Shown: piece after piece, positions 1-9,432 of the stretch
Layout of the letters: each line of letters opens with the position of its first letter
How positions within the stretch are numbered: position 1 is the stretch's first letter
Origin: an uncultured archaeon
GTDB taxonomy: Archaea > Asgardarchaeota > Lokiarchaeia > Sigyniarchaeales > SOKP01
NCBI GenBank assembly: GCA_964447495.1
Contig: CAYUTF010000006.1
Location: forward strand, 1,156-65,155
Length of the DNA stretch: 64,000 nucleotides
Direction of reading: 5' to 3'
Made by a program: the position numbers and the translations under genes
Notes under the pieces: generated by a model
What the model was told of the DNA's origin: nothing
Seen by the model: the letters and a program-made list of their open reading frames with translations, nothing else
The model's database searches: none

Positions 1-272
1 ACTAATGCCGCAGTAACGTCATCTTGAGTAGATAAGGGGTTACTCCCACATAAATATACTTCTGCACCACCTGCTTTTAATGTTCGTGCAAGATTGCCTG
101 TTTCTTTTGTAACGTGGAGACACCCAGCTATAGTGACTCCTTGTAACGGCTTTTCTTTAGCAAATCTCTCACGAAGAACTTTTGCGGTAACCGGCATTTT
201 ATTTTCAGCAATATATAATGCCTCCTTACCTTTTTCTGCTAATGATATATCAGCAACTTTATAATTTACCAT
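1..272 (-). CDS. ahcY: S-adenosyl-L-homocysteine hydrolase, N-terminal part (gene runs off window start)
   Basis: Reverse translation from ATG (272-270) gives MVNYKVADISLAEKGKEALYIAENKMPVTAKVLRERFAKEKPLQGVTIAGCLHVTKETGNLARTLKAGGAEVYLCGSNPLSTQDDVTAAL. This matches the conserved AdoHcy hydrolase N-terminus. It is absent from the ORF track because it is truncated. Confidence 0.85.
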   Translation of the reverse strand, partial: MVNYKVADISLAEKGKEALYIAENKMPVTAKVLRERFAKEKPLQGVTIAGCLHVTKETGNLARTLKAGGAEVYLCGSNPLSTQDDVTAAL

Positions 273-419
273 TTTTTGTTCACTAATCTTTCTAACATTT
301 TTGTGAATGTTACTATTTTTAATTTTGAGTTAAATATAAATATTTTTTCGGAAATATGTATATTATATATTATTGAATTTATACAAATAATCATTTTATA
401 TACTAAAAATGAAAGAATT

Positions 420-1373
420 ATGGAAAAAAATTATGATATATCTTTACAGGAAATTCTAAAAAAGCTGAATAATTGTTCTAAATTTAATTTTACTGAGATT
501 GCTCGAGATTTGGGTATAACAAGATTAACCCTTAATAATAGAATTAAGAATTTAAGAAAACAAAAAATAATTTCCAATTACACAATTGATGTTAATCCAA
601 ATATTCGCCCAAATTTAAAATATGTCTTTATGGAAGTAAAAACTAATCCAAAGGAACCATTTTTGGTAAAAGAATTGTTAAAAATACCCCAATTAAAAAT
701 GTTAGATGGAATTTTTGGTGAATTTTCCTTAATTGCTATGTTTATTTTTAAAGATTTAGATGATTTTAACAATACTCTTATTAAAATCGATAATATCATG
801 GCAAATTCCTATTTTAAGAAATATCAATTTATTGAAACAATTAGAATTTATAAAATCAGCAGCTTTCGTTTAAATGAAGCAAAACCAATTTTAGAGGATT
901 TAGATAAGAAGGATTTTTTGCTTTTAAAAATATTACAAGACAATCAAAGGTTAAAATTACTTTCAACTTATGAAATAAAAGAGTTCCTTAACAAAGAACA
1001 TAATCTCATGACGTCACAGTCAACAATTCACAAAAGAATAAAAGATATGGAAGAAAAAGGGATTATTTTAAATTATTCAGTAACATTTAATCCAAAACAA
1101 ATTGGTTATAAGGGAAAGTTTTATGTACGAATTAAACCAAAAAATCCAGGAAAATACGATGCTATCGCTGAAAATTTAGAAAAAAGTGCCAATATCACCG
1201 ATTTATTCCGGATTGGTGAGCAATATGGCTTGTTAGCCATAGTTAGAGTGAAAAAAATTGATGAATATAGTATTTTTATAAAAAATATCTATGAAACAGA
1301 GGAAATTGAAGATACATTTACCAATTTTGCGCTTGATGAATTAAAACCATTTACACATTTTAACATCTTTTAA
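420..1373 (+). CDS. Lrp/AsnC-type transcriptional regulator with two tandem HTH plus RAM-like units
   Basis: Two repeats have a wHTH-like N-terminus (NFTEIARDLGITRLTLNNRIKNLRKQKII; STYEIKEFLNKEHNLMTSQSTIHKRIKDMEEKGII), each followed by an alpha/beta module. The start is moved to ATG 420 because residues 1-48 of the track ORF are low-complexity AT-rich read-through. Confidence 0.6.
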   Translation: MEKNYDISLQEILKKLNNCSKFNFTEIARDLGITRLTLNNRIKNLRKQKIISNYTIDVNPNIRPNLKYVFMEVKTNPKEPFLVKELLKIPQLKMLDGIFGEFSLIAMFIFKDLDDFNNTLIKIDNIMANSYFKKYQFIETIRIYKISSFRLNEAKPILEDLDKKDFLLLKILQDNQRLKLLSTYEIKEFLNKEHNLMTSQSTIHKRIKDMEEKGIILNYSVTFNPKQIGYKGKFYVRIKPKNPGKYDAIAENLEKSANITDLFRIGEQYGLLAIVRVKKIDEYSIFIKNIYETEEIEDTFTNFALDELKPFTHFNIF

Positions 1374-1430
1374 TATATTCCTATTCTATTGAATTACATT
1401 AATTTATTTATTATCGAATAATTTCTTCAT

Positions 1431-3518
1431 TTGAAGAAAATGAACTTGTTTTTTGATCTCAAAAGTAAAAAAGTGGGATATTCTAGAATAGGTAAAGTAT
1501 ATCTATCTTCCAAAGTTAGAAAATATTTCAGTACACCCAATATAGTAATTCCTATGACAAATACTTTGATAGGTAATATCAATTTCTTAGAATATTTTGA
1601 AAATCATGAGATCTTTTTAATAACAAAAGAAATTTTCTTAAAAATTGGATTTCTACAAGATAAATTTAGAAATACTAGTTTTATGTATTCACATAACGGT
1701 ACATTAGAACGGTATGAAGAAATTCTTCACATAAATGAGCAAATTTTTTCACAAGATAATATATGTTCTATTATACCATTTAATATACCAACATCTTCGA
1801 TAGATAAGGATTTTGCTGAAAAAGAAATTAAGAATTATATTCAAAATATAAATCAGATTTTAGAGAGATACCCCAATAATAATTTTGGGATTACTATCAA
1901 AATTTTTGATTATTCTGAATTAATAAGGTTATATTTTCCTCTTATAACTAAGTATAAAAATATTAGAATCTTAAATTTTGCAGATTTATTTGATACGTTT
2001 AAAAATTATAGGGCTATTCTTAAAGTCATTAATGAAGTTAAGCAAGAACTAAATAATAACTTGGTTTTAATGGCTTCTGGACGCATCATTCCTAAATTCT
2101 ATCCCTTCTTAATATATTTGGGAATAGATTTAATAGATAGTTCATATATGATGTATATTTCTGCAGAAAATTATTATGATGCTATTGAAGACTTATTACC
2201 AATATATAAACTTAAAGAATTACCATGTCCGTGTGTTGCTTGTTCAGGAAGATTGAATGAGCTCTTACAAGAAAAATATTCTCAACAAAAGATAATGCTC
2301 CTTGTTTTACATAATCTAATTTCAGCCAAAAATTATATGAATAAAATAAAGCAGTATTTAAACACTGAAGATTATCGAGCATTTTTGGAAAAGACAACTC
2401 ATGATGATCCATTATTGTATTCCAGTTTAAAGACATTGGACAAAGAATATTTTAAGACACTTAGATTAGAGACTCCATTATCAATGGAAAGCACATTAAT
2501 TAAATGTATAGGTCCAATTTCATATAATAGACCAGATTTTAAGGAGTTTAGGAAGAGAATTACGACTACTTTCACACCAGAACCATGGACAAAATTGATA
2601 ATAATTTTACCCTGTTCAGCTAAAAAACCTTATTCAGAATCTAAATCTCACAAATTATTCTATAAAGTAATTAGGAAATTTCCGGAGTTTCCTGATTTTC
2701 AAGAGATTATTTTAACCTCACCATTGGGGGCAATTCCAAGACAATTAGAGAACATATATCCTGTTAACTCTTATGATATTCCAGTAACAGGAGAATGGGA
2801 TTATGAGGAGGTACAGATTTCTGCGAAGATGTTAATAAAATTATTAAAGAAATACAATGAAAAAATTCCAATAATCTGTCATTTAAAAGACGGTGGTTAT
2901 TCTTCGATTATAGATGTTGCAGTTAAAGAATTAAAGCATCAATTTTATTTTAGTAAAACAGATAATGATCTCACTTCAAGTTATTCTTTAAAATCTTTAG
3001 AGGAAACATTGATTACCGTAAAGGATCAATTTATACCTGAGGGAGATTCAATAACTAATACTTCATTAACAAATACTTGGTTAAGAAAATTAATTAAAAT
3101 TGCAGACTATCAATATGGTGTAGATTCAGGTATAAAACTATTTACTGAAGGAATTACAACTCGAAAAAATCGAACTGGCACAAAATTTGAAATTTTTAAA
3201 GCAAATAGTAACGATTTTATGGGAATTTTTGACTTTAGAAAAGGGCAGATTGAATTAAGTTTAAATGGTGCAAATTTATTATTTCCTTTTGATGATAACG
3301 GAAATACTATCATCTTTGATGGAGACACTATAACAGGAAGTAATCTTTTCAGACCTGGAATAATTGATTACAGCTCTAATATTAAACCAAATAGTAATGT
3401 TTTCATATTAGATAAAAGTAAGCAGCATATAATTGCTATTGGTAATTCGGTTATTGGTTCAAATGATATTAGAAATACAAAAAAGGGATTAGTTGCTGAG
3501 ATTTATGAAAAACTATAA
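1431..3518 (+). CDS. arcS: archaeosine synthase ArcS (TGT-like N-domain, PC-X3-KPY-X2-S-X2-H motif domain, C-terminal PUA)
   Basis: The exact motif PCSAKKPYSESKSH is present. A TGT-type Zn motif CPCVAC is present. The C-terminal end is PUA-like (GNSVIGSNDIRNTKKGLVAEI). Confidence 0.75.
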   Translation: MKKMNLFFDLKSKKVGYSRIGKVYLSSKVRKYFSTPNIVIPMTNTLIGNINFLEYFENHEIFLITKEIFLKIGFLQDKFRNTSFMYSHNGTLERYEEILHINEQIFSQDNICSIIPFNIPTSSIDKDFAEKEIKNYIQNINQILERYPNNNFGITIKIFDYSELIRLYFPLITKYKNIRILNFADLFDTFKNYRAILKVINEVKQELNNNLVLMASGRIIPKFYPFLIYLGIDLIDSSYMMYISAENYYDAIEDLLPIYKLKELPCPCVACSGRLNELLQEKYSQQKIMLLVLHNLISAKNYMNKIKQYLNTEDYRAFLEKTTHDDPLLYSSLKTLDKEYFKTLRLETPLSMESTLIKCIGPISYNRPDFKEFRKRITTTFTPEPWTKLIIILPCSAKKPYSESKSHKLFYKVIRKFPEFPDFQEIILTSPLGAIPRQLENIYPVNSYDIPVTGEWDYEEVQISAKMLIKLLKKYNEKIPIICHLKDGGYSSIIDVAVKELKHQFYFSKTDNDLTSSYSLKSLEETLITVKDQFIPEGDSITNTSLTNTWLRKLIKIADYQYGVDSGIKLFTEGITTRKNRTGTKFEIFKANSNDFMGIFDFRKGQIELSLNGANLLFPFDDNGNTIIFDGDTITGSNLFRPGIIDYSSNIKPNSNVFILDKSKQHIIAIGNSVIGSNDIRNTKKGLVAEIYEKL

Positions 3519-4596
3519 CGAGAATATTTCATTAACCTCTAGGATTACACAAATTAGACAGAAAATCATTAATAAGAAGAAAAAAGTTTCAAACCTAAGA
3601 CTTGATATGCCAGTTAGTTATTGGATTAAAGAAGATCGGTTATTAAGTAAGAGAGGCAAAGAATTCATGATAATTCTTCGAACTAAAGGATGCAGTTGGG
3701 CTTTGGGAGATTCTGGTGGATGCTCAATGTGTGGATATATTGGAGATTCTAATATTAATTATGTTGAATCGAACAATATCATTAATCAATTTGATTATGC
3801 TATGGATAAAAAACGGGATGAAATTGCCGCAGCTGAGGAAGATTTTGTTCTTAAAATATTTAATTCGGGCAGCTTTTTTGATGATGAAGAGATCACAGAA
3901 GAAGTGAGAACTCATATCTATGAAGAAATTGAAATGAACAACAGGATTAAGGAGGTTGTAGTCGAATCTCGTGTTGAATATTTAGAAGAAGATAAGTTAA
4001 AAGCTATGCGAAATACATTAAAAGATAAATATATAGAGATTGCTATCGGTCTTGAAACTGTAGATGATTATTTTAGGAATAATTATATTAATAAAGGATT
4101 ATTATTTGATGATTTTTTAAAAGCTGTTGAATTATGTAAAAAGTTAAACCTCGGTATAAGAGTATATCTTCTTTTTAAACCACCATTTCTTAATGAACAA
4201 GCAGCTATTGACGATTGCATTAATTCTGTGAATAAATTAATTGATCTCAAAGTTGACACGATCTCTATTAATCCCATTAATATTCAAAAAGGTTCATATT
4301 TAGAATATTTATGGTACCAGAATCGATATCGACCCCCCTGGTTTTATTCCCTAATAAAAGCTTTAAAGAAAATATTTATAAATAAAAAAGATGAAATACC
4401 TGTACGGATTATATCTGATCCTTCTGGAGCAGGAACAAAAAGGGGAATTCATAATTGTTTAAAAAGAGAATGCAATGAAAATATGCTATCTCTACTAAGA
4501 AGTTTTGTTCTTACTCAAAAGATTGAGGAATTAGTTAAAGAAGTTCCGGAGTGTGAATGTTATCTACAATATAAACTAAAGAAATTTTATTTGTAA
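3505..4596 (+). CDS. radical SAM protein, RaSEA-like partner of ArcS
   Basis: It has the Cys cluster GCSWALGDSGGCSMCGY (C-x9-C-x2-C) and TIM-barrel-like radical SAM core motifs. It overlaps the arcS stop by 14 nt (ATG 3505). ArcS-RaSEA gene pairing is established for archaeosine formation. Confidence 0.65.
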   Translation: MKNYNENISLTSRITQIRQKIINKKKKVSNLRLDMPVSYWIKEDRLLSKRGKEFMIILRTKGCSWALGDSGGCSMCGYIGDSNINYVESNNIINQFDYAMDKKRDEIAAAEEDFVLKIFNSGSFFDDEEITEEVRTHIYEEIEMNNRIKEVVVESRVEYLEEDKLKAMRNTLKDKYIEIAIGLETVDDYFRNNYINKGLLFDDFLKAVELCKKLNLGIRVYLLFKPPFLNEQAAIDDCINSVNKLIDLKVDTISINPINIQKGSYLEYLWYQNRYRPPWFYSLIKALKKIFINKKDEIPVRIISDPSGAGTKRGIHNCLKRECNENMLSLLRSFVLTQKIEELVKEVPECECYLQYKLKKFYL

Positions 4597-4864
4597 CTCC
4601 TTAATGGGAATATATTTTTATTCATAATCTCTATTTAAAGAGATGAATCAAAATGAGTAGGGAAATGATTGAAAAAAGAGATTCTATATACTTTTAATAG
4701 CAATCTAAGTAATAGATTATAAAAATCGTCATAGCATTGGCAATTTTTGTCAATTCTCGATAATTGCGCATTCAAAAATGTAAAAAACCCATTTAAAAAA
4801 GTTATATTTAAATATAAGCCTTCAATTCTCTATTTTATATTTTAATAATTAGATAGGGTAAACC

Positions 4865-5113
4865 TTGAAAAATTGGGTCAAATTAAATCTATTCTATCTG
4901 GGGGACTCTAAAAAGAGTCGTATTTTTAGAGCAAAAAGATGGAATAAAAGCCTTGAAAAAATAACACATAAACATATTTTTACAGAAAAGTATGAAGAAA
5001 TCGGAGTTATAAAAGAAATTTTTGGTCCGATTAATTTACCATTCATTTCAGTCAAAACTCATCATGAAATCCAAATTAATCCCAATGAAAATTTTTATGT
5101 TAAAATGCAGTAA
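4865..5113 (+). CDS. gar1: H/ACA ribonucleoprotein complex subunit Gar1
   Basis: It carries the motif IGVIKEIFGPINLPFISVK typical of archaeal Gar1, and is about 80 aa long. It lies immediately upstream of tfb, as in many archaea. The start is TTG. Confidence 0.6.
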   Translation: MKNWVKLNLFYLGDSKKSRIFRAKRWNKSLEKITHKHIFTEKYEEIGVIKEIFGPINLPFISVKTHHEIQINPNENFYVKMQ

Positions 5114-5160
5114 AAAGTATTAAAATTCCCCGATAACCATTCTAAAAAAAGGTGTAAATT

Positions 5161-6123
5161 ATTTCGAGTTGGAACCAAATTAAAACAATCCCATTTGAAA
5201 GAATAAAGATTGTAAATAACCTTTGTTCTGAATGTGGAAAAAATATTTTGTTTGATGAAAATAGAGGGTTATTGGTTTGTGAAGAGTGCGGATTAGTTCA
5301 TTCAGAGAAATTTATTGATCATGGTCCTGAATGGAGAGCTTTTGATGCTGATCAAAAGAAAAAAAGAACTAGAACTGGAGCCCCTATGACTTATATGATA
5401 CATGATAAGGGCTTATCAACCATGATTGATTGGAAGAATAGAGATATTTTTGGAAAGGAAATTCCCGCAAAATTAAGAGGCCAAATTTATCGACTCCGTA
5501 AATGGCAGAGTCGAATTAGAGTGTCTGATGCGACTGAGCGAAATCTTACTTTTGCTTTAAGTGAATTGGATAGAATGGCTTCTAATTTAGATCTTCATAA
5601 GAACATTCGGGAGTGTTCTGCAAAGATATATAGAGATGCTGTTGAGGCTCATCTTATTCGTGGAAGGAGTATTGAAGGAGTAGCTGCTGCTAGTTTATAT
5701 GCAGCATGTCGTATGTACAAAATTCCACGAACACTCAATGAAATTGCTGATGTAGCAAGGGTAGACAAAAAAGAGATTGGAAGATCGTTTCGATTTATTT
5801 CGAATGAATTATTGCTTAACTTAAATCCTACTAAACCTTTGGATTTTCTTACACGATTTATTTCAGAATTGGAATTATCTCCTTATTGTCAGAAAACGGC
5901 TAAAAAGGTAATAAAAATGGCTGAAGTAAGAGGTTTAACCTCTGGAAGAGGTCCTACAGGAGTATGCGCTGCCGCAATTTATGCGGCCTCAATATTAACT
6001 AAAGAAAGAAGGACTCAAAGAAAAATCGCTAAAATTAGTCAGGTTACAGAAGTGACAGTAAGAAATAGATTTTCTGAATTAATAGATAATTTAGATTTAG
6101 GGATAAAGATTAAAAAGAAATAA
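5161..6123 (+). CDS. tfb: transcription initiation factor IIB (TFB)
   Basis: It has two cyclin-fold repeats and a B-finger/linker region (GPEWRAFD...). The Zn ribbon CSEC-x14-CEEC begins at 5224, upstream of the track's TTG start at 5248. The frame is open from 5158, and the only start candidates are ATT 5158 or 5161 after GGTG at 5151-5154. The call is secure but the start coordinate is uncertain. Confidence 0.85.
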   Translation: MSSWNQIKTIPFERIKIVNNLCSECGKNILFDENRGLLVCEECGLVHSEKFIDHGPEWRAFDADQKKKRTRTGAPMTYMIHDKGLSTMIDWKNRDIFGKEIPAKLRGQIYRLRKWQSRIRVSDATERNLTFALSELDRMASNLDLHKNIRECSAKIYRDAVEAHLIRGRSIEGVAAASLYAACRMYKIPRTLNEIADVARVDKKEIGRSFRFISNELLLNLNPTKPLDFLTRFISELELSPYCQKTAKKVIKMAEVRGLTSGRGPTGVCAAAIYAASILTKERRTQRKIAKISQVTEVTVRNRFSELIDNLDLGIKIKKK

Positions 6124-6127
6124 TTCC

Positions 6128-6141
6128 TTTTTGCCTTTTTT
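6128..6141 (+). terminator. oligo-T tract downstream of tfb
   Basis: T5 (6128-6132) and T6 (6136-6141) lie directly after the stop codon. Archaeal termination typically uses oligo-T tracts. Confidence 0.4.
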
Positions 6142-6292
6142 CATTAATTTTTACATAACTATTTCACTGTGAAGGATTAAATTTTTGATATTGTTGTGTT
6201 TAAGAGACGTATTATCTTCATATCACACCATTTAATGACTTAAATTTTTCACATTTATTTTATAAATTGCATATTTTGATAGGTCAAATGTT

Positions 6293-6643
6293 ATGAAGTC
6301 AGAAAGTCCGAGATTGATTAATCAAACGGAAGTTAACTACTTTCTCCACCGAGTTAAGAAAAATTTTCCTAATTTTGTGGCAGTTGTTATCACAGATCGA
6401 AATGGATTTCCAATAGGTTCACATATCTCAAAAAGACTATGGGTTCATGAAAACACTTTGGCTTTGTGGGCAATTTCAAAAAATAAAGAATTGGTTATAA
6501 GAGATCCAAATTTAGTCCAATTGAAATTTAATATAGATAAAGAAAAAAGATACAAGCTTTTCATTTTATTGGAGAAATCTAAAAATTACAAAAGTAAATT
6601 AAAATTATTAAAAGAGATAATCAAGGGTCAAGAGCTATTCTAA
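6293..6643 (+). CDS. Roadblock/LC7 (MglB-like) domain protein
   Basis: Its size (116 aa) and pattern fit the Robl/LC7 fold (NFVAVVITDRNGFPIGSHIS...LALWAIS). Confidence 0.5.
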   Translation: MKSESPRLINQTEVNYFLHRVKKNFPNFVAVVITDRNGFPIGSHISKRLWVHENTLALWAISKNKELVIRDPNLVQLKFNIDKEKRYKLFILLEKSKNYKSKLKLLKEIIKGQELF

Positions 6644-6808
6644 TTAAGACTCTCTAACCTCGTTCTTTTAATTTAATAAGATCAATCGCTATTTCATCTA
6701 TAAATTCTCTTAAATAAATTTTTATAGAAAAAACGTTATTTTTATACTATATTAGGTTATTCTAGAAGAATATTGTAAATTTATTGAATTTGTTCTTATA
6801 TAATCAGG

Positions 6809-7288
6809 TTGATAACGTTGAGTTATTCTGAAGATGAGATGAAACTGAAAAAAATTCTAAAGGAGATTATTAATAGTACTGCTGGACTGAAAAACGTTAT
6901 TATTATAGATGATACAGGGATAACTATAATGAGCGAGTCTAAATTTAATTTCCCAAGTGAAGATGATATTTCAGTAGAAAAAATAGGAGCAATTGGAGGA
7001 GCTGTTTTCATAGCTGGACAGGAACAAGGTCATATCTTGGGTTATGGAGATATAAGTCTGCAGATCACGGAATATAATAAAGGCTTTCTTTTTTCACTAA
7101 AAATTGGAAAAGGAGTTCTTTGTATTGCTACAGATAACAACGTACAAGTTGGATATATACGCGCCTTAATGAAAAAATGGGCACCTTTAATAGCAAAAAT
7201 TTTGAACAACTATCTGCAAACTGACCAAGGAGAGATAAATAAAGAATTAAAAGATTTATTTAGTTCAGATACAATTGGAATGTTATAA
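6809..7288 (+). CDS. Roadblock/LC7 (MglB-like) domain protein
   Basis: LKNVIIIDDTGITIMSES...GAIGGAVFIAGQEQG...ITEYNKGFLFSLKIG is typical of Robl/LC7. The start could instead be ATG at MKLKK. Confidence 0.55.
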   Translation: MITLSYSEDEMKLKKILKEIINSTAGLKNVIIIDDTGITIMSESKFNFPSEDDISVEKIGAIGGAVFIAGQEQGHILGYGDISLQITEYNKGFLFSLKIGKGVLCIATDNNVQVGYIRALMKKWAPLIAKILNNYLQTDQGEINKELKDLFSSDTIGML

Positions 7289-7943
7289 TAAATTATTGCT
7301 TAAAATCAGCATATATTGTAGCCTAAAACACTAACCCTTTTTGCTCATTTTTAGGTATATACCATTTAAATCAAAAAAGTTCTCTCGTGTTAGGCAGTAA
7401 TTTCTATGCCTTTATGGGAACATAATCATGTCTTCCACCTGGGTACTGACTCAGGCCTCATTGCTTTGGTATCTACCTTTGCTAGGTCAAGAGCCCATTT
7501 TTTTGGAAAGGTATTGATTATTAAATTCAGGATGTAAGCATTACTTTGCACAATTAATCATGAATTTTCATAATTGTCCTCGAAAATGCTCATAGTATTC
7601 CATCATCATTTTCCCAAGATAGTAATATATGATCTAATTAAAAATTTTTAGTATTATTCTGAGATGAGGAGGAACTTTTTAAGATTTTAGGTCACCAAGT
7701 TAGAAAAAAAATTATCTCTAAATATAAAAAAAGATTTGTATATATACATTATAACCGTTCTTTGTTGGATTAGTATTCAATCCCTAGTTCCGATATATCT
7801 TAAATTTTAAGAACCTGACTGTAGAATTCCAAGTATATTTATTTTAATTTAAATAACACTTAATATTGTTGCAGTTATCAACTATGTTTTTATATGGAAA
7901 CTGAAAGAATAAGAGAATTAACCAAAATCTTAGAGTTGATATT

Positions 7944-8543
7944 ATGAGAATTGTATTTTTCATAAAATCTGGTACAGTTAAAATCGATAAATATAATATC
8001 AAGGATATTCCTGGATCTTCTGGTAGATTAGATGTAATCTCAAGATCAATTTTGTCTGCAGTGCTCAAGGATAATGAATTAGATAAAAATGTGGAGATCT
8101 GGGTATTTTTAGATAATTATGGGACATTCATTTTTGATTCAAATAGATTTGATGATGATATGTTCCCTAAAAATGAGATTTTGCTCTCAGATTATTTTGT
8201 GGATTTTATTTTAAAGAAAAATAAACCCATACTGTTGAGTGAAAATCCATTAAACATAATAAAATTTGCAGAATTAGATATCTTTGAAGCCTTAAAGAAT
8301 TTCATTAAAAAGGAATTTCAAATTTTTGTATTAAATGAAAGTGGTCATGATTTTTTTCAATATTTTTGCACTTTAAATGATCAGAGTAATCTGTTATTTA
8401 TTATTGGAGATCAGTCTGGTGAACTTGTCAACTCACAAAAATTATTAGATTTAAATCTTATGAATATCAGTCTAGGAACTCAATCCTACTTAGCATCTTC
8501 GGTTATTCGGTTAATAAAACTAAATTTAAGGTTAATAATATGA
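7944..8543 (+). CDS. trmY: tRNA (pseudouridine54-N1)-methyltransferase TrmY-like (SPOUT)
   Basis: The N-terminal motif IKDIPGSSGRLDVISRSI resembles the TrmY DLPG-x-GRLD signature, and the length is about 200 aa. Confidence 0.6.
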   Translation: MRIVFFIKSGTVKIDKYNIKDIPGSSGRLDVISRSILSAVLKDNELDKNVEIWVFLDNYGTFIFDSNRFDDDMFPKNEILLSDYFVDFILKKNKPILLSENPLNIIKFAELDIFEALKNFIKKEFQIFVLNESGHDFFQYFCTLNDQSNLLFIIGDQSGELVNSQKLLDLNLMNISLGTQSYLASSVIRLIKLNLRLII

Positions 8544-8589
8544 AAAGTTTTTTATTCCTAAACATTTTACCTTTATAATATCACTATTA

Positions 8590-9291
8590 TTGAAATCTGC
8601 AATAAAGTTGAGCGAAGAAGATTTTTTAAATGATAAAAGAAAGAATCAAAGGAAAGTTTTACTAAGATTTATTGATGCTCCAGTAAAATATTTAATCAAA
8701 CATAATGTTTCGCCCAATACTTTATCATATCTTGGCTTTATATGTTCATTAAGCGTAGCTTTTTTTGTTGCTATCGACGGATTGCATTTTTCTATTTGGT
8801 TTGGGTGGATAGTACCCTTCTTATTATTTTGGGCTGGAGCTTTTGATGTATTTGATGGGGAAGTGGCTCGAAGAACGCATCAAAAATCTAGAGCAGGAGC
8901 ATTTTTAGATTCAAATTTAGATAGACTATCTGATGCCGCAATAATAATTGGTATGATAATAGGTAATTATATAAATTATTATGTTGGATATCTGCTTCTA
9001 TTTTTATTTTTAATGATATCATATATCCGTGCTAAAGCAGAAAATGAAAATCTTGAAATGAGAGGCGTTGGTTTTATGGAAAGAGCTGATCGTTTGATAA
9101 TCCTATGGTTTGCGTTCATTGGGGAATTTTGGGTATATTTTTTATCAAATTTATTTTTAGGATTCACTGTAAATATCTTCTTTCCTATTTTTATCATTAT
9201 CTATATCATCTTACTCTTATTGACAATAGTTCAAAGAATAACTTTTTCTATGAAAGCTCTCAGAAAAATAGATGACCATGAAAATAATTAG
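8590..9291 (+). CDS. CDP-alcohol phosphatidyltransferase family protein (archaeal lipid head-group synthase)
   Basis: The complete motif D-x2-DG-x2-AR-x8-G-x3-D-x3-D is present (DVFDGEVARRTHQKSRAGAFLDSNLD), and the protein is multi-TM. Confidence 0.8.
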   Translation: MKSAIKLSEEDFLNDKRKNQRKVLLRFIDAPVKYLIKHNVSPNTLSYLGFICSLSVAFFVAIDGLHFSIWFGWIVPFLLFWAGAFDVFDGEVARRTHQKSRAGAFLDSNLDRLSDAAIIIGMIIGNYINYYVGYLLLFLFLMISYIRAKAENENLEMRGVGFMERADRLIILWFAFIGEFWVYFLSNLFLGFTVNIFFPIFIIIYIILLLLTIVQRITFSMKALRKIDDHENN

Positions 9292-9432
9292 GATGAAATA
9301 CTAAATAAAGTTGAAACCTACTTCACACTTTTAGTTAAATTGTGAAGAAGAATAAATTTTTTAAGTTGTGTAGTATTTAAGAATTGTGATTTAAAGGATA
9401 AATTAAAAAAATTTAAGTAAAAGCTGATTTTT

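Noticed and set aside
276-419. N-terminal 48-codon extension of the Lrp-like ORF given in the track (TTG start at 276).
   Set aside because: The extension is hydrophobic, low-complexity translation of AT-rich promoter-like DNA (IFNFELNINIF...). The recognisable wHTH begins right after ATG 420.
4630-4660. Hairpin ATCTCT-ATTTAA-AGAGAT after the radical-SAM gene, considered as a regulatory element.
   Set aside because: It is a 6-bp A/T-rich stem that is easily produced by chance in this composition. At most it is a weak terminator-associated hairpin.
7380-7500. tRNA or tRNA-like gene in the GC-richer patch.
   Set aside because: No cloverleaf can be drawn on either strand. The best stem-loop (cctggg/ctcagg) has a 6-nt loop, and there is no T-loop GTTCRAnnC motif or acceptor pairing.
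7527-7609. Possible C/D-box sRNA on the minus strand, with ATGATGA at 7609-7603 and CTGA at 7530-7527.
   Set aside because: The boxes are about 72 nt apart, far longer than typical archaeal C/D sRNAs. I could find no convincing internal D'/C' boxes or terminal stem.
7844-8068. Minus-strand 74-aa ORF overlapping the trmY start region.
   Set aside because: It overlaps the well-supported TrmY N-terminus on the other strand and has no motif.
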